Shown: positions 24,700 to 34,885, counted from the first letter of the stretch. The stretch is DNA of 64,000 nt from Pseudomonadota bacterium (GCA_048621375.1 JBMCWS010000001.1:2754-66753), one strand, 5' to 3'. Numbers and translations are program-made. Notes: a model not told the origin generated them from the sequence alone.

Positions 24700-26065
24700 G
24701 CTCGTCCCCCTGGTCATGTTCGTGGTGGTATTCCTGGCCCTGCTGGCCGGGTATGCGGTGGCGCTCACCCTCGCCGGCGTGGCGCTGTTGTTCGCACTGG
24801 GCGGCATGGCCACCGGCGCGTTCGATGCCCGTGACCTGGGATTCCTGCCGGGACGATTGTTCGGCACCGTCACCAACACCACCCTGATCGCCGTGCCGCT
24901 GTTCATTTTCATGGGCACTGTGCTGGAGAAGACGCGCATCGCCGAGCAGCTGCTCACCCGCCTCTCCGAGCTCCTCGGCCGCGTCTCCGGGGGCCTGGGC
25001 CTCGCCGTGGTCGCGGTGGGGACCCTCATGGCCGCCAGCACCGGCATCGTCGGCGCCACCGTGGTGACCATGGGCCTCATGTCCCTGCCCACCATGCTCA
25101 GGGCCGGCTACGACAGCCGGCTGGCCAGTGGCACCATCTGCGCCACGGGGACGCTCGGGCAGATCGTGCCGCCGTCCATTGCGCTGGTGCTGCTCGGGGA
25201 CGTGCTCTCCAACGCCTACCAGCAGGCGCAGCTCAGCCAGGGCGTCTTCGCACCCGATACGGTGTCGGTGGGGGACCTGTTCGCCGGCGCTCTGATCCCG
25301 GGGCTGGTTCTGGTGGGGCTCTACGGAACGTACCTGTCGGTGGTGGCCGCGCTCGCGCCCGCACGCGCCCCCGCCGCCGGAGGCTCGACCGGGGCATCCC
25401 CCCGGCTGCTCGAGCTGTTGGCCGGTCTGCTGCCCCCGCTGGTGCTCGTCGTGGCGGTGCTGGGCTCCATTCTCGGCGGCCTGGCCACCCCCACGGAGGC
25501 CGCCGGCGTCGGCGCCGCCGGCGCCATCGCCTTGGCCGCCGGCTACCGGGCGCTCTCCTGGCCGGTGCTGAACGAGGCCTGCATTTCCACCCTGAAGACC
25601 ACCGCGATGGTGTTCTTCATTCTCATCGGCGCGTCGCTGTTCGCGCTGGTGTTTCGCGGCTACGGCGGCGACGCGCTGGTTCACGACCTTTTCGCCGACA
25701 TGCCCGGCGGGCTGTGGGGCGCGCTGGCCCTCACCATGATCATGATCTTTCTGCTCGGGTTCATGCTCGACTTCATCGAGATCGTGTTCGTGGTGGTCCC
25801 CATCGTCGCGCCGGTGCTGCTGGCCATGGGGGCGGATCCGGTCTGGCTGGGCGTGCTGCTGGCCATCAACCTGCAGACCTCGTTCCTCACGCCGCCGTTC
25901 GGGTTCGCGCTGTTCTATCTTCGCGGGGTGGCCCCACCCGAGATCGCCACCACCGACATCTACCGGGGCGTGGTGCCGTTCATTGCACTTCAGATCGTGC
26001 TGCTCGCGCTGGTTCTGGCCTGGCCCGGGCTCGCGATCTGGCTGCCGGAGTTGCTGTACTCGTGA
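24692..26065 (+). CDS. TRAP transporter large permease (M subunit)
   Basis: 457-aa polytopic protein with typical DctM-like segments (LIAVPLFIFMGTVLEKT, GIVGATVVTMG, GQIVPPS). GTG 24692 overlaps the Q-subunit stop by 8 nt. Confidence 0.9.
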   Translation: MAELVPLVMFVVVFLALLAGYAVALTLAGVALLFALGGMATGAFDARDLGFLPGRLFGTVTNTTLIAVPLFIFMGTVLEKTRIAEQLLTRLSELLGRVSGGLGLAVVAVGTLMAASTGIVGATVVTMGLMSLPTMLRAGYDSRLASGTICATGTLGQIVPPSIALVLLGDVLSNAYQQAQLSQGVFAPDTVSVGDLFAGALIPGLVLVGLYGTYLSVVAALAPARAPAAGGSTGASPRLLELLAGLLPPLVLVVAVLGSILGGLATPTEAAGVGAAGAIALAAGYRALSWPVLNEACISTLKTTAMVFFILIGASLFALVFRGYGGDALVHDLFADMPGGLWGALALTMIMIFLLGFMLDFIEIVFVVVPIVAPVLLAMGADPVWLGVLLAINLQTSFLTPPFGFALFYLRGVAPPEIATTDIYRGVVPFIALQIVLLALVLAWPGLAIWLPELLYS

Positions 26066-27237
26066 CCCGGCAGCCCACGCTGCTGCGCGGGCTGACCATC
26101 TGGGACGGCCACGCTTATCTTCCCGCGGACAGTCTGCGGCTGGCGGGCAACCGGATCGCCGCCATCGGCGACGGCCTGGCGCCGCGGCGCGGCGAGCGCG
26201 TGATCACCTGCGGCGGCGCTACCGCCATGCCGGGGTTGATGGACGCCCACGTGCATCTCGAGCTCGATCCCGAGCACGGACGGCCCCCGGCGCTGACCGA
26301 TCTCCGGGACCCGGCCGCCATGGCGCGACGGGCGCAACGGATGGTGGAAGCGGGGATCACCACCGCGCGGGACCTCGGTGGCGGCACCGGCGCCGAGCTC
26401 GCGCTGCGCAATCGCATCGACGCGGGGGAGACAGCCGGGCCGCGGCTGCTGTGCGCCGGGCAGCCGGTGACCCGGCCCGGTGGACACTGCCACTTCTGGG
26501 GCGGGGAGGCCGCCGACCTAGACGCCGCCCGGCAGGTGATCCGGCGCCAGGTGGCCCGCGGCGTCGACCTGATCAAGGTCATGGCCACCGGCGGCATGTT
26601 CACCCGCGCGAGCGACCCGGCAGCGGCCCAGTTCGACCAGGAAACCCTTGCCGGCATCGTCGTCGAGGCGGCGCAGCACGGACTGGCGGTCGCCGCCCAC
26701 TGTCACGGCACCCGGGGCATCGAGTACGCGGCGCGGGCCGGGGTGCGCACCATCGAGCATTGCTCCTGGATGGGCCGGGACGGTTGGGCCGGCAACTACG
26801 AGGAGGCCGTGGCCCGGGTAATACTGGAACAGGGGGTGTGGGTCTCGCCCACCGTCAATCGCGGATGGCAGCGCTACCTGGACGCCCCCGATCCGACGAA
26901 GCTCCAGCGCATCCGCCGCGCCTTCCAGGCCATGGAAGCGCTCGGGATCCCCTTCGTGGCCTCCACCGACGCAGGCATTCCCGGCGTCCATCCCCACCAT
27001 CTGCCCGAGGCCCTGAGCGTGTTCGCGCGGGTCGCGGAACGCACACCCGGCGACGTGCTGCGAAGCGCCACCAGCACCGCCGCCGAGGCGCTGGGTATCG
27101 CCGCAGACACCGGCCGGCTCGCCCCGGGAATGCGGGCGGATGTGCTGCTCGTCGACGGCGATCCGCTCGCAAACCTCGCGGCCCTCACCCGCCCGGTGGG
27201 GGTGTGGGCCGACGGCCGGGCCTGCCTGCTGCCGTGA
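26062..27237 (+). CDS. Metal-dependent amidohydrolase-family protein
   Basis: GTG 26062 overlaps the M-subunit TGA (GTGA); ORF 25714..27237 is trimmed accordingly. HxH motif PGLMDAHVHL, later HCHG and C-terminal GRLAPGMRADVLLVDGDPL, typical of the imidazolonepropionase-like amidohydrolase superfamily. Confidence 0.85.
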   Translation: MTRQPTLLRGLTIWDGHAYLPADSLRLAGNRIAAIGDGLAPRRGERVITCGGATAMPGLMDAHVHLELDPEHGRPPALTDLRDPAAMARRAQRMVEAGITTARDLGGGTGAELALRNRIDAGETAGPRLLCAGQPVTRPGGHCHFWGGEAADLDAARQVIRRQVARGVDLIKVMATGGMFTRASDPAAAQFDQETLAGIVVEAAQHGLAVAAHCHGTRGIEYAARAGVRTIEHCSWMGRDGWAGNYEEAVARVILEQGVWVSPTVNRGWQRYLDAPDPTKLQRIRRAFQAMEALGIPFVASTDAGIPGVHPHHLPEALSVFARVAERTPGDVLRSATSTAAEALGIAADTGRLAPGMRADVLLVDGDPLANLAALTRPVGVWADGRACLLP

Positions 27238-27246
27238 TCGCGCCGG

Positions 27247-28089
27247 TCAGCCGGGCTCGCCCGGCTCCGACGGCGTGTTCCATCGCGGCGGGCGCTTCTC
27301 GAGAAACGCGGAAACGCCCTCACGGTAATCGGCCTGACGCATCATCTCGCCGAGCAGGGCTTCGGAGTGCTCGACGGCGGCGGCCACGCTGCGATGCAGG
27401 TCACCGTAGATCTGCCAGCGGGTCTGACGCAGCGATTCCGGCGAGACGCTCGCCATCAGCTCGCCCGCATAGTCCTGCGCGGCCGGCAGCACGTCCTGCG
27501 GCGGCAGCACCCGGTTGACCAGACCGAGCTCCAGCGCTTCCTCGGCGCGGAACACGCGGCTGGACAACAGCAACTCGTTCGCCCGCGTCAGGCCCACCAT
27601 GCGCGGCAGCAGCCAGGACAGGCCGTACTCCGCCGGCAGATTGAGCCTGCCGTGGGCGGTCGTGAACCTGGCACCCGCGGCGGCGAACCGGAGGTCGGCG
27701 AAACATGCCAGCGCCAGGCCCACCCCCGCCGCCGGGCCGTTCATGGCGGCAATGACGGGTTTGGAGAGGCCGAAGTGGTACGCGAAGCTGGCGTCGAACT
27801 CGCTCGCCCGGCCGTAACCCGGTCGCGCCAGCTCGCCGCCGGTTCCGGGATCGTATTCCCCTTTGTCGGCATGCCCCTGCAGGGCATCCGCGTCACCGCC
27901 GACGCAGAAGCTGCGGCCGCTTCCGGTCACCACGATCACGCCGACGGCCGGGTCGGCGTCGGCCCGCGCCAGACACGCCCGATACTCGGTGTGCATGCGT
28001 CCGGTCCAGGCGTTGCCGCGCTGCGGGCGGTGCAGGCTGATGGTAGCCACGTTGGCGTGGACGTCGTAGCGGGTGGCTTTCAGTTCCAT
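27247..28089 (-). CDS. Enoyl-CoA hydratase/isomerase (crotonase) family protein
   Basis: ORF 27247..28815 trimmed to ATG 28089. MELKATRYDVHANVATISLHRPQRGNA, FCVGGD, AAMNGPAAGVGLALA. 280 aa. Confidence 0.85.
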   Translation of the reverse strand: MELKATRYDVHANVATISLHRPQRGNAWTGRMHTEYRACLARADADPAVGVIVVTGSGRSFCVGGDADALQGHADKGEYDPGTGGELARPGYGRASEFDASFAYHFGLSKPVIAAMNGPAAGVGLALACFADLRFAAAGARFTTAHGRLNLPAEYGLSWLLPRMVGLTRANELLLSSRVFRAEEALELGLVNRVLPPQDVLPAAQDYAGELMASVSPESLRQTRWQIYGDLHRSVAAAVEHSEALLGEMMRQADYREGVSAFLEKRPPRWNTPSEPGEPG

Positions 28090-28115
28090 GAGCGCCCCGT
28101 CACTGCCGGTGAACG

Positions 28116-29249
28116 TCAGCGAGCGTTGATGTACGCCTGCTCCGAGATCTCGTGGTAATCGCGCACGTCCTCCATGAAGCTGGTGTACGACTCGTGGATG
28201 CGCCGGGCGAGCTCGTCCTCCTGCGCCGATTCCGCCACCACGTCCGCGGCGGCGCGTTGCAGTTGTGCGAGCACCGGATCGGGCAGGCGGCGCAGCTTCA
28301 CCCCGTGCTCTTCCACCAGCGTCTGCAGCGCGGCCGCGTTCCGGGCCGTGAACTCGGCGAGCATCTCGTTGTTCATGGCGCTGGCCGCAGTTTCCACCAT
28401 GACCCTGAGATCCTCGGGCAGCGATTCCCAGGCCTGCTGGTTGACGATCAGCTCGGTGGTGGGGCCGGGCTCGTGCCAGCCCGGATAGTAGTAGTACTCC
28501 GCAGCGTTGTGCAGCCCGAGCGCCAGATCGTTGAACGGGCTCACCCACTCCGTGGCGTCGATCACGCCCCGTTCCAGCGACGTGTACACCTCGTTTCCGG
28601 GCAGGGACACCGGCTCGCCGCCGACGCGCTCGAGCACCTCGCCGCCGAGGCCGGGGATGCGCATCTTCAGACCGCGCACGTCCTCCATGCCATTTATTTC
28701 CTTGTTGAACCAGCCCGCCATCTGCACGCCGGTGTTGCCGGCGGCCATGGGAACGACGCCGAACGGCTCGTAGAGCTCGCGCCACAGCGCCATGCCGCCG
28801 CCATACTCGAGCCACGCGTTCATTTCCTGCGCGGTCATGCCGAATGGCACGGTCGAGAACATGGCGGCCACCGGAATCTTGCCGCGCCAGTAATACGAGG
28901 CGCCGTGTCCCATCTCGGCGGTGCCGTCGGACACGGCGCCGAAGACCTCGAACGCCCCCACCAGCTCCCCAGCCCCGTAGACCCGGATGTCGAGGCGGCC
29001 GTTGCTCATGACGCGGAGCCGCTCGGCCAGGCGCTCGGGCGCCGTGCCCAGTCCGGGGAGATTCTTCGGCCAGGTGGTGATCAGCTTCCAGCGGTACACC
29101 CGGTCAGGGTCGGGGTCCGCGGTAGCGTCGGCCCCCGAGCCGGCGCCGGGCTCGGGCGCACACGCGGTGTGCACCGCGAGCAGACAAGCGAGCATCCCCC
29201 GTACCGCGGCCCGCCGCGTCCGCGCCCATGTTCCGTCGAGCCTCGTCAT
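28116..29249 (-). CDS. TRAP transporter substrate-binding protein (COG4663/FcbT1-like type)
   Basis: ORF trimmed to ATG 29249 (GGGGAAG SD). Possible Tat-type leader RTRRAAVRGMLACLLAV. Family motifs WKLITTWPKNLPGLG, GHGASYYWRGK, GNTGVQMAGWF, DATEWVSPFND, YYYYPGWHEPGP. Confidence 0.85.
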   Translation of the reverse strand: MTRLDGTWARTRRAAVRGMLACLLAVHTACAPEPGAGSGADATADPDPDRVYRWKLITTWPKNLPGLGTAPERLAERLRVMSNGRLDIRVYGAGELVGAFEVFGAVSDGTAEMGHGASYYWRGKIPVAAMFSTVPFGMTAQEMNAWLEYGGGMALWRELYEPFGVVPMAAGNTGVQMAGWFNKEINGMEDVRGLKMRIPGLGGEVLERVGGEPVSLPGNEVYTSLERGVIDATEWVSPFNDLALGLHNAAEYYYYPGWHEPGPTTELIVNQQAWESLPEDLRVMVETAASAMNNEMLAEFTARNAAALQTLVEEHGVKLRRLPDPVLAQLQRAAADVVAESAQEDELARRIHESYTSFMEDVRDYHEISEQAYINAR

Positions 29250-29275
29250 CGTGCTTCCCCGTTCGTCCTCGTGTA

Positions 29276-31480
29276 TCAGTCGAGCGGCTGCAGGTTGGCG
29301 TAGCCCAGCATCAGCCACTTCGCCCCGGCGTCCTGGAAGTTGACCTGCACCCGGGCACGGTCACCGGAACCCTCGCTCTGCAGCACCACGCCCTCCCCGA
29401 ACTTGGCGTGCTGCACTCGCTGCCCCATGCGCAACCCCGGCACGTTCACCTCGGCCGGGCCGCCGCCATCGAGCTCGCGCGAGCGCCCGGCGCCGTGACC
29501 GTACGGCCGCTCCAGCGCACCGCTCATGCGCACTTCCTGAACCAGCTCCTCGGGAATCTCCTGAAGGAAGCGGGAAGGGCGGTTGTAGGTATCCTGGCCA
29601 TGCAGGCGGCGGGTCTCCGCGTAGGTGATGTAGAGCGTCGACATGGCCCGGGTGATGCCGACATAACAAAGCCGCCGTTCTTCCTCCACCCGCCCCGGTT
29701 CCTCCGCGGACATGCGATGCGGGAACAGGCCTTCCTCCATGCCCGACAGGAAAACCAGCGGAAATTCCAGTCCCTTGGCGGAGTGCAGGGTCATCATCTG
29801 CACCGCCGGTCCCGATTGCGCTTCCCGATCCCCGCTATCCAGTGCCACCTGATCGAGGAACTCGGCGAGCACCGATACCTCCCCCTGATCGCTGTCCTGG
29901 AGCGGGAACACCAGCTCGCCGGTGAACTGCCGGCAGGCACTCACCAGCTCGTCCAGGTTCTCCTTGCGCGCGATGCCACGCTCGCCCCGTTCCCTGGTGT
30001 GGTAATCCATCAGCCCGGTGGCCTGAATGCACGTATCCGCGAGCTCGTGAAGCGGGAGCTCGGCGGTGGCCTCGGCCAGATCGTCGATGAGCTTAAGAAA
30101 ATCTCCCAGCCTGGCCGCAGCCCGTGCGCCGATCAGTCGTCCCTCGATTGCGATCTTCGTCGCCTGCCACAAAGACGTGCCGCGGCTCCGGGCAATCTCG
30201 CGAACCGCTTCCACGGTCTTGTCACCGATGCCGCGCGCCGGAGTGTTCACCACGCGCTCGAACGCCGGGTCGGAGTGACGCTCGTGCACCAGCCGCATGT
30301 ACGCCAGGGCGTTCTTGATCTCGAGACGCTCGAAGAAGCGCACCCCGCCGTAGATGCGATACGGAATCTCGGCGCGCAGCATCGCCTCTTCGAGCACCCG
30401 CGACTGCGCGTTGGAGCGATACAGCACCGCGACCTCGTCGGGACTGCCACCGCGGTCGATCCATTCCTGGATGCGCTCGGCGGTGAATCGCGCCTCGTCG
30501 AGATCGTTGTAGCCGGAATAGACCCGGATGGGCTCGCCGTCGGCCCCCTCGGTCCACAGCTCCTTGCCGAGGCGGTCGGCGTTGTTGCCGATCAGCGCGT
30601 TGGCGGCCCGGAGAATGGTGCCGGTGGAGCGATAGTTCTGCTCCAGACGGATTACCCACGGGTCCGGGAAGTCCTCGCGGAAGCGGTGAATGTTCTCGAT
30701 CTTCGCGCCCCGCCAGCCGTAGATGGACTGATCGTCGTCGCCCACCGCCATCACCCGGCCCTCGCGGCCGGCGAGCACCCGGAGCCAGGCATACTGAATG
30801 GCGTTGGTGTCCTGGAATTCGTCCACCAGCAGGTGCCGGAACCGGTGCTGGTAATGGGCGAGCAGGTCGGGCTGATTCAGCCACAGCTCGTGGCTGCGCA
30901 GCAGCAGCTCGGCGAAGTCCACCAGGCCACCCTGCTCGCAGAGCGCCTCGTAGCTCTCGTAGAGACGCTTGTGCGTCATCTGGAACAGGTCGTCGCCGGC
31001 GGGCACGTGCCGGGCCCGGCGCCCTTCGTCCTTCTGGGCGTTGATGAACCAGACCGCCTGGCGCGGCGGCCATTTCTGCTCGTCGATGTCGAGGGTGCGC
31101 ATGACGCGCTTGACCAGCCGCAACTGATCGTCGGCGTCCAGGATCTGAAAGTTCTGGGGCAGGGCGGCCTCCTGCCAGTGCATGCGCAAAAGCCGGTGCG
31201 CGATGCCGTGGAAGGTGCCCACCCACAGTGAGCGCACCGGGATGTGCAGCAGCTCCTCGATGCGCGAGCGCATCTCGGTGGCGGCTTTGTTGGTGAAAGT
31301 GACGGCGAGGATTCCATGGGGGGAGACACCCTCGGCCTGAATGAGCCAGGCGATCCGGTGCACCAGCACCCGGGTCTTGCCGCTGCCGGCCCCGGCGATG
31401 ACCAGGGCATGGCCCACGGGCGCGGTGACCGCCTCGCGCTGGCGCTCGTTCAATCCATCCAGGATGTAGCTTACGTCCAC
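29276..31480 (-). CDS. uvrD: DNA helicase II UvrD
   Basis: GTG 31480 with AAGGGGA SD. VDVSYILDGLNERQREAV, Walker A AGAGSGKTRVL, and the UvrD-type C-terminal tail ...GAKWLMLGYANLQPLD. Confidence 0.95.
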   Translation of the reverse strand: MDVSYILDGLNERQREAVTAPVGHALVIAGAGSGKTRVLVHRIAWLIQAEGVSPHGILAVTFTNKAATEMRSRIEELLHIPVRSLWVGTFHGIAHRLLRMHWQEAALPQNFQILDADDQLRLVKRVMRTLDIDEQKWPPRQAVWFINAQKDEGRRARHVPAGDDLFQMTHKRLYESYEALCEQGGLVDFAELLLRSHELWLNQPDLLAHYQHRFRHLLVDEFQDTNAIQYAWLRVLAGREGRVMAVGDDDQSIYGWRGAKIENIHRFREDFPDPWVIRLEQNYRSTGTILRAANALIGNNADRLGKELWTEGADGEPIRVYSGYNDLDEARFTAERIQEWIDRGGSPDEVAVLYRSNAQSRVLEEAMLRAEIPYRIYGGVRFFERLEIKNALAYMRLVHERHSDPAFERVVNTPARGIGDKTVEAVREIARSRGTSLWQATKIAIEGRLIGARAAARLGDFLKLIDDLAEATAELPLHELADTCIQATGLMDYHTRERGERGIARKENLDELVSACRQFTGELVFPLQDSDQGEVSVLAEFLDQVALDSGDREAQSGPAVQMMTLHSAKGLEFPLVFLSGMEEGLFPHRMSAEEPGRVEEERRLCYVGITRAMSTLYITYAETRRLHGQDTYNRPSRFLQEIPEELVQEVRMSGALERPYGHGAGRSRELDGGGPAEVNVPGLRMGQRVQHAKFGEGVVLQSEGSGDRARVQVNFQDAGAKWLMLGYANLQPLD

Positions 31481-31528
31481 GAAGTCCCCTTGGAGCGCGC
31501 CGCGGCCGCGCTCCGGGACGCGGCCCGG

Positions 31529-33376
31529 TTACTCCACCGTGACCGATTTGGCCAGATTTCTCGGTTGATCCACGTCGGTGCCTTTCAGAACCGCGACGTG
31601 GTAGGCGAGCAATTGTAACGGCAGGACGTAGACGATGGGAGCCAGGATCTTGTGGACCGCGGGCAAGGCCAGGATCGTCACCCCGGGCTCGTTGTGGAAA
31701 TCCAGGGTTTCGTCGGCGAACACCACCAGCTCACCACCCCGGGCCCGAACCTCCTGCAGGTTCGACTGCACCTTCTCGAGCAGCTCGTCGTTGGGGGCCA
31801 CCGCCACCACCGGCATGTCCTCGTCCACCAGGGCCAGTGGCCCGTGCTTGAGCTCCCCGGCGGGATAGCCTTCGGCGTGAATGTAGGAAATCTCCTTGAG
31901 CTTCAGTGCCCCTTCCAACGCCACCGGGTACATGGGGCCGCGGCCCAGGAACAGGGTATGGGAGCGGTCGATGAAGCGCTCGGCCAGACGGCGCACGGCG
32001 GTGTCGAGGCGCAGGGTGCGCTCCAGGTCGGTCTCCAGACCGTGCAGGGCCTTGACCAGCTCGGCCTCGCGGACCTCGTCGAGCCCGTGGCGGCGTCCGA
32101 GCAGAATCGTGAGCAGCAGCAGATCGGTGAGCTGAGCGGTGAAGGCCTTGGTGGAGGCCACGCCCACCTCCGTGCCCGCGTGGATCATCAACGCCAGGTC
32201 CGACTCCCGGACCAGGGAGCTCGAGGCCACGTTGCAGATGGTGAGCGACGCCAGATACCCGAGCTTACGGGCCTCACGCAATGCCGCCAGGGTGTCGGCA
32301 GTCTCGCCGCTCTGCGAGATGGTGACGAACAGGCTGTCCGGCAGCACGGACACCTTGCGGTAGCGGAACTCCGAGGCGATCTCCACCTGACAGGGCATGC
32401 CGGTGAGCTCCTCGATCCAGTAACGGGCGATGGAGGCGGCATAGAAGCTGGTGCCGCACGCCACCAGGGTGACGGCGCGAGCGCGGTCGAAGATGTCGCC
32501 CGCCCCGACCCCGAAGGCTTCCTCGAGGACCCGGGTGCGGCCGAGACGGCCCTCCAGCGTGTCGTGGATCACCCGGGGCTGCTGATGGATCTCCTTTTGC
32601 ATGAAGTGGCGGTAGTTGCCCTTGTCCACGTCGTCGTGGCCGAGCTCCACCTTCACCGTGCTCCGCACCACCGTCTCGTTGTCGACGTTCCACACCGCAA
32701 TGGCGTCCCGGGTCACTTCCACCAGGTCGCCTTCCTCCAGGAAGATGAAGCGGTCGGTCACGGGGCGCAGGGCCAGGGGGTCCGAAGCGATGAAGTTCTC
32801 GCCGATGCCCTTGCCCACCACCAGCGGGCTCCCCATGCGGGCCGCCACCAGCCGGTCATCCGCATCGGCGGCCATGACGGCAATGGCGAAAGCGCCCTCC
32901 AGCCGGCGGATCGCGGCGCGCACCGCCTCCAGCAGCGCGCCGCCCGGCTCGTAGTAGCTCTCCACCAGGTGGGCGATGACCTCGGAGTCGGTATCGGAGG
33001 CGAACTCGTACCCGGCCTCCAGAAGCTCCGCGCGCAGACTCTGGTGGTTCTCGATGATGCCGTTGTGCACGACGCAGATGCGGCCGCGGGATTGGTGCGG
33101 GTGGGCGTTGATCTCGCTGGGCGCGCCGTGGGTGGCCCAGCGCGTATGGGCGATGCCGATACGGCCCCGCACCGGGCGGGCAGCCAGATCGTCCGCCAGT
33201 TCCCGGACCTTGCCCACCCGGCGCCGGCAATCGAACTCCGGGCCGGCGGCCGAGCCGGCGCTGGGAATCACCGCCATGCCGGCAGAGTCGTAGCCTCGAT
33301 ATTCGAGCCGCTGCAGACCCTCCAGCAGAATGGCGGGAACGTTACGGTCCGCCACCGCACCGACGATGCCGCACAT
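31529..33376 (-). CDS. glmS: Glutamine--fructose-6-phosphate aminotransferase GlmS
   Basis: MCGIVGAV N-terminal nucleophile, two SIS domains, C-terminal ...NLAKSVTVE. 615 aa. Confidence 0.97.
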   Translation of the reverse strand: MCGIVGAVADRNVPAILLEGLQRLEYRGYDSAGMAVIPSAGSAAGPEFDCRRRVGKVRELADDLAARPVRGRIGIAHTRWATHGAPSEINAHPHQSRGRICVVHNGIIENHQSLRAELLEAGYEFASDTDSEVIAHLVESYYEPGGALLEAVRAAIRRLEGAFAIAVMAADADDRLVAARMGSPLVVGKGIGENFIASDPLALRPVTDRFIFLEEGDLVEVTRDAIAVWNVDNETVVRSTVKVELGHDDVDKGNYRHFMQKEIHQQPRVIHDTLEGRLGRTRVLEEAFGVGAGDIFDRARAVTLVACGTSFYAASIARYWIEELTGMPCQVEIASEFRYRKVSVLPDSLFVTISQSGETADTLAALREARKLGYLASLTICNVASSSLVRESDLALMIHAGTEVGVASTKAFTAQLTDLLLLTILLGRRHGLDEVREAELVKALHGLETDLERTLRLDTAVRRLAERFIDRSHTLFLGRGPMYPVALEGALKLKEISYIHAEGYPAGELKHGPLALVDEDMPVVAVAPNDELLEKVQSNLQEVRARGGELVVFADETLDFHNEPGVTILALPAVHKILAPIVYVLPLQLLAYHVAVLKGTDVDQPRNLAKSVTVE

Positions 33377-33382
33377 AGGCGC

Positions 33383-34786
33383 TTACCCTTCCCGAGGTTC
33401 CTGGGAGGCGGATTTCCGGCGGTCCGGACGCACCCAGCCATGAATGTTGCGCTGACGCCCCCGGCCCACGGCCAGGTCCCCGGCCCCCACGTGCTGCGTC
33501 ACCGTGGATCCGGCGGCGACGTAGGCATCGGAATCGAGCTCGAGCGGCGCCACCAGGGTGGCGTTGCTGCCCACGAACACCCGGTCACCGATGGTCGTGG
33601 GATGCTTGCCCAGACCATCGTAGTTACAGGTGATGGTGCCGGCACCCACGTTGCACGCCTCGCCGAGGCTGGCGTCGCCCAGGTAGGCCAGGTGGTTGGC
33701 CTTGGATCCCGGGCCGAGCGATGCCTTCTTGGTTTCCACGAAGTTGCCGATTCGCACCTGCTGAGCCAGCTCCGTCCCCGGGCGCAGCCGGGCGAACGGC
33801 CCGAGAGCGCAGTCGCTGCCGACCCGGGCACCGTCCACCAGCGTGTGGGGCTCGAGCACGGTATTGTCACCGATGACGGCGTCACGAACCACGCAGCCCG
33901 GGCCGATGCACACGCCGTCGCCGAGGACCACCTCGCCCTCGAACACGACGTTGACGTCCACGAAGCAGTCGCGGCCACTGGTAACGACACCGCGCACGTC
34001 CAGACGGGCAGGGTCCGCCACGGTCACACCGCCCATCATGAGCGCTTCCACCTGCTTGCGCTGATAACGGCGCTCCGCGGCGGCCAACTCGATGCGATCG
34101 TTGATACCGGCTACCTCGCCGGGGTCGGCGGCGGCCAGACCTGCCACGGGGACGTCGTCCCGCACCGCCATGGCCACGGTATCCGTGAGGTAGTACTCGC
34201 CCTGGGCATTGTCCGCGGAGAGATCGGCAAGGTACGGGGCGAGCAGGGCGCGCGGCGCAGCCATGATGCCGGAGTTGATCTCGCGAATGCCGCGCTCGTG
34301 CTCGTCAGCGTCCCGGTACTCCACGATCCCGGTTATGGCGCCGTTCGGGTCCCGCACGATCCGCCCCAGCTGACCCGGATCGTCGGGGCACGCGGTCACC
34401 AGCGCCAGAGCGCCGTCGGCGGCGGCGCCGACACACGCCTGCAGCGTGGACGCAGTGACCAGGGGTACGTCCCCGTACACCACCAGCACCAGCGCATCGT
34501 CGGCCACCGACGGCAGGGCCTGGGCCACCGCGTGGCCGGTTCCCCGCTGCTCCGCCTGGGTGACGAAATTCACCTCGTCGACCACCGCCGCGCGCACCGC
34601 GTCGGCAGCGTGTCCCACGACCACGTGTATGCGCGCAGGCTCCAGGGCACCCGCGGTGTCGAGCACGTGCTGCAACAACGTGCGCCCGGCCAGAGTGTGC
34701 AGGACCTTGGGGCGGCGCGACGCCATGCGGGTCCCCTGACCCGCGGCCAGGACGACGACCTCGAGGGGTTGGGATACGTTGTTCAT
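33383..34786 (-). CDS. glmU: Bifunctional GlcNAc-1-P uridyltransferase / GlcN-1-P acetyltransferase GlmU
   Basis: ORF trimmed to ATG 34786. VVLAAGQGTRM, then left-handed beta-helix hexapeptide repeats. 467 aa. Confidence 0.95.
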   Translation of the reverse strand: MNNVSQPLEVVVLAAGQGTRMASRRPKVLHTLAGRTLLQHVLDTAGALEPARIHVVVGHAADAVRAAVVDEVNFVTQAEQRGTGHAVAQALPSVADDALVLVVYGDVPLVTASTLQACVGAAADGALALVTACPDDPGQLGRIVRDPNGAITGIVEYRDADEHERGIREINSGIMAAPRALLAPYLADLSADNAQGEYYLTDTVAMAVRDDVPVAGLAAADPGEVAGINDRIELAAAERRYQRKQVEALMMGGVTVADPARLDVRGVVTSGRDCFVDVNVVFEGEVVLGDGVCIGPGCVVRDAVIGDNTVLEPHTLVDGARVGSDCALGPFARLRPGTELAQQVRIGNFVETKKASLGPGSKANHLAYLGDASLGEACNVGAGTITCNYDGLGKHPTTIGDRVFVGSNATLVAPLELDSDAYVAAGSTVTQHVGAGDLAVGRGRQRNIHGWVRPDRRKSASQEPREG

Positions 34787-34831
34787 AGTCCAGGCATCGA
34801 GCCGAAATCGGGAGTATAACCAGCGGCCGGG

Positions 34832-34858
34832 CAAAAAAACGGGGGCCGTTTGCCCCCG
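34832..34858 (-). terminator. Rho-independent terminator downstream of atpC
   Basis: The minus strand reads CGGGGGC-AAACG-GCCCCCG followed by TTTTTTT: a 7-bp GC stem at 34858-34840 and a T-run at 34839-34833. It lies 27 nt after the atpC stop. Confidence 0.8.
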
Positions 34859-34885
34859 CATTGTAATGGATTGTTGCCGCCCGGC

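Noticed and set aside
28090-28815. Upstream 240 codons of ORF 27247..28815 (the apparent 522-aa crotonase)
   Set aside because: The extension overlaps the TRAP binding-protein gene in another frame and is Arg/Gly-rich nonsense. Crotonase homology begins at ATG 28089 (MELKATRYDV).
31652-34819. 1055-aa plus-strand ORF across glmS and glmU
   Set aside because: Same artefact: it is antisense to two well-supported genes in the same phase, and its composition is typical of a GC-rich antisense frame.
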